Shown here piece after piece: positions 63,778-64,000 of a stretch of DNA of 64,000 nt (position 1 is the stretch's first letter; every line of letters begins with the position of its first letter). The notes beneath the pieces are model-generated. The model ran no database searches. It saw nothing but the letters and a program-made list of their open reading frames with translations, and was not told the DNA's origin. The stretch covers positions 1 to 64,000 of IMG/VR virus record IMGVR_UViG_3300044611_002008; one strand, 5' to 3'. A program made the position numbers and the translations under genes. The stretch is from an uncultured virus (IMG/VR IMGVR_UViG_3300044611_002008). Its lineage: Duplodnaviria; Heunggongvirae; Uroviricota; Caudoviricetes.

Positions 63778-64000
63778 TGAGTAATTTAATTGTAAAATTT
63801 GCAGAAAAAAATATTTTAGTGAATAACGAAGGATGTTGTTCTACCGGAGTATCTAGCATAGTTACCGTATCGGGTATGATACCCGGACATAAATATTATT
63901 GCGAACTATCTTCTATATCTAGAGGCTCTATTGTTTTTGCTCAAAACAATTTCTATGTTATGACACAGTCTCTAAATCAGCCTATGAATATACCAATAGG
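63777..64000 (+). CDS. Cys-bounded Ig-like domain protein, 3'-truncated by the window edge
   Basis: TAATG overlap; open frame MSNLIVKFAEKNILVNNEGCCSTGVSSIVTVSGMIPGHKYYCEL... runs to the window end and resembles the upstream paralogs. Confidence 0.7.
   Translation, partial: MSNLIVKFAEKNILVNNEGCCSTGVSSIVTVSGMIPGHKYYCELSSISRGSIVFAQNNFYVMTQSLNQPMNIPI

Noticed and set aside
1..64000. Stop-codon reassignment
   Set aside because: Genes up to 11 kb are intact in the standard code and tile the window; TAA, TGA and TAG all end plausible genes.

Overview
This window is the virion-morphogenesis region of a large tailed dsDNA bacteriophage. All credible genes lie on the + strand, densely packed, in the standard genetic code. 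Gene order: partial ERCC4-type nuclease, hypothetical, terminase large subunit, portal, prohead protease/scaffold, capsid decoration protein, major capsid protein. A ~31 kb block of fibre, lectin, collagen and modification genes follows (8.4-39.4 kb). After it come neck and tail-completion genes, a tail tube protein (no sheath seen, so probably a siphovirus), tail assembly chaperones, a 3702-aa tape measure protein (TMP) and more fibre/Ig-like genes. I saw no tRNA, rRNA, CRISPR array, integrase, transposase or reverse transcriptase. Strongest candidates for undescribed biology: (1) a TMP built like a polyprotein, with paired xxxGG motifs and a duplicated cassette bracketing globular cargo segments; (2) a 2969-aa lectin-like protein whose first four domains appear nested inside one another; (3) a putative virion-protein modification set (2OG-Fe(II) oxygenase, beta-propeller glyco-enzyme, TPR-FkbM methyltransferase) beside Gly-X-Thr collagens and Thr-Pro mucin-like stalks; (4) a possible D[GC]G hook / Mtd_N socket fibre assembly code; (5) a recurrent GGTGTA+AT-rich motif 36-70 bp upstream of structural genes. 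All family calls come from motif recognition by eye, not database searches.
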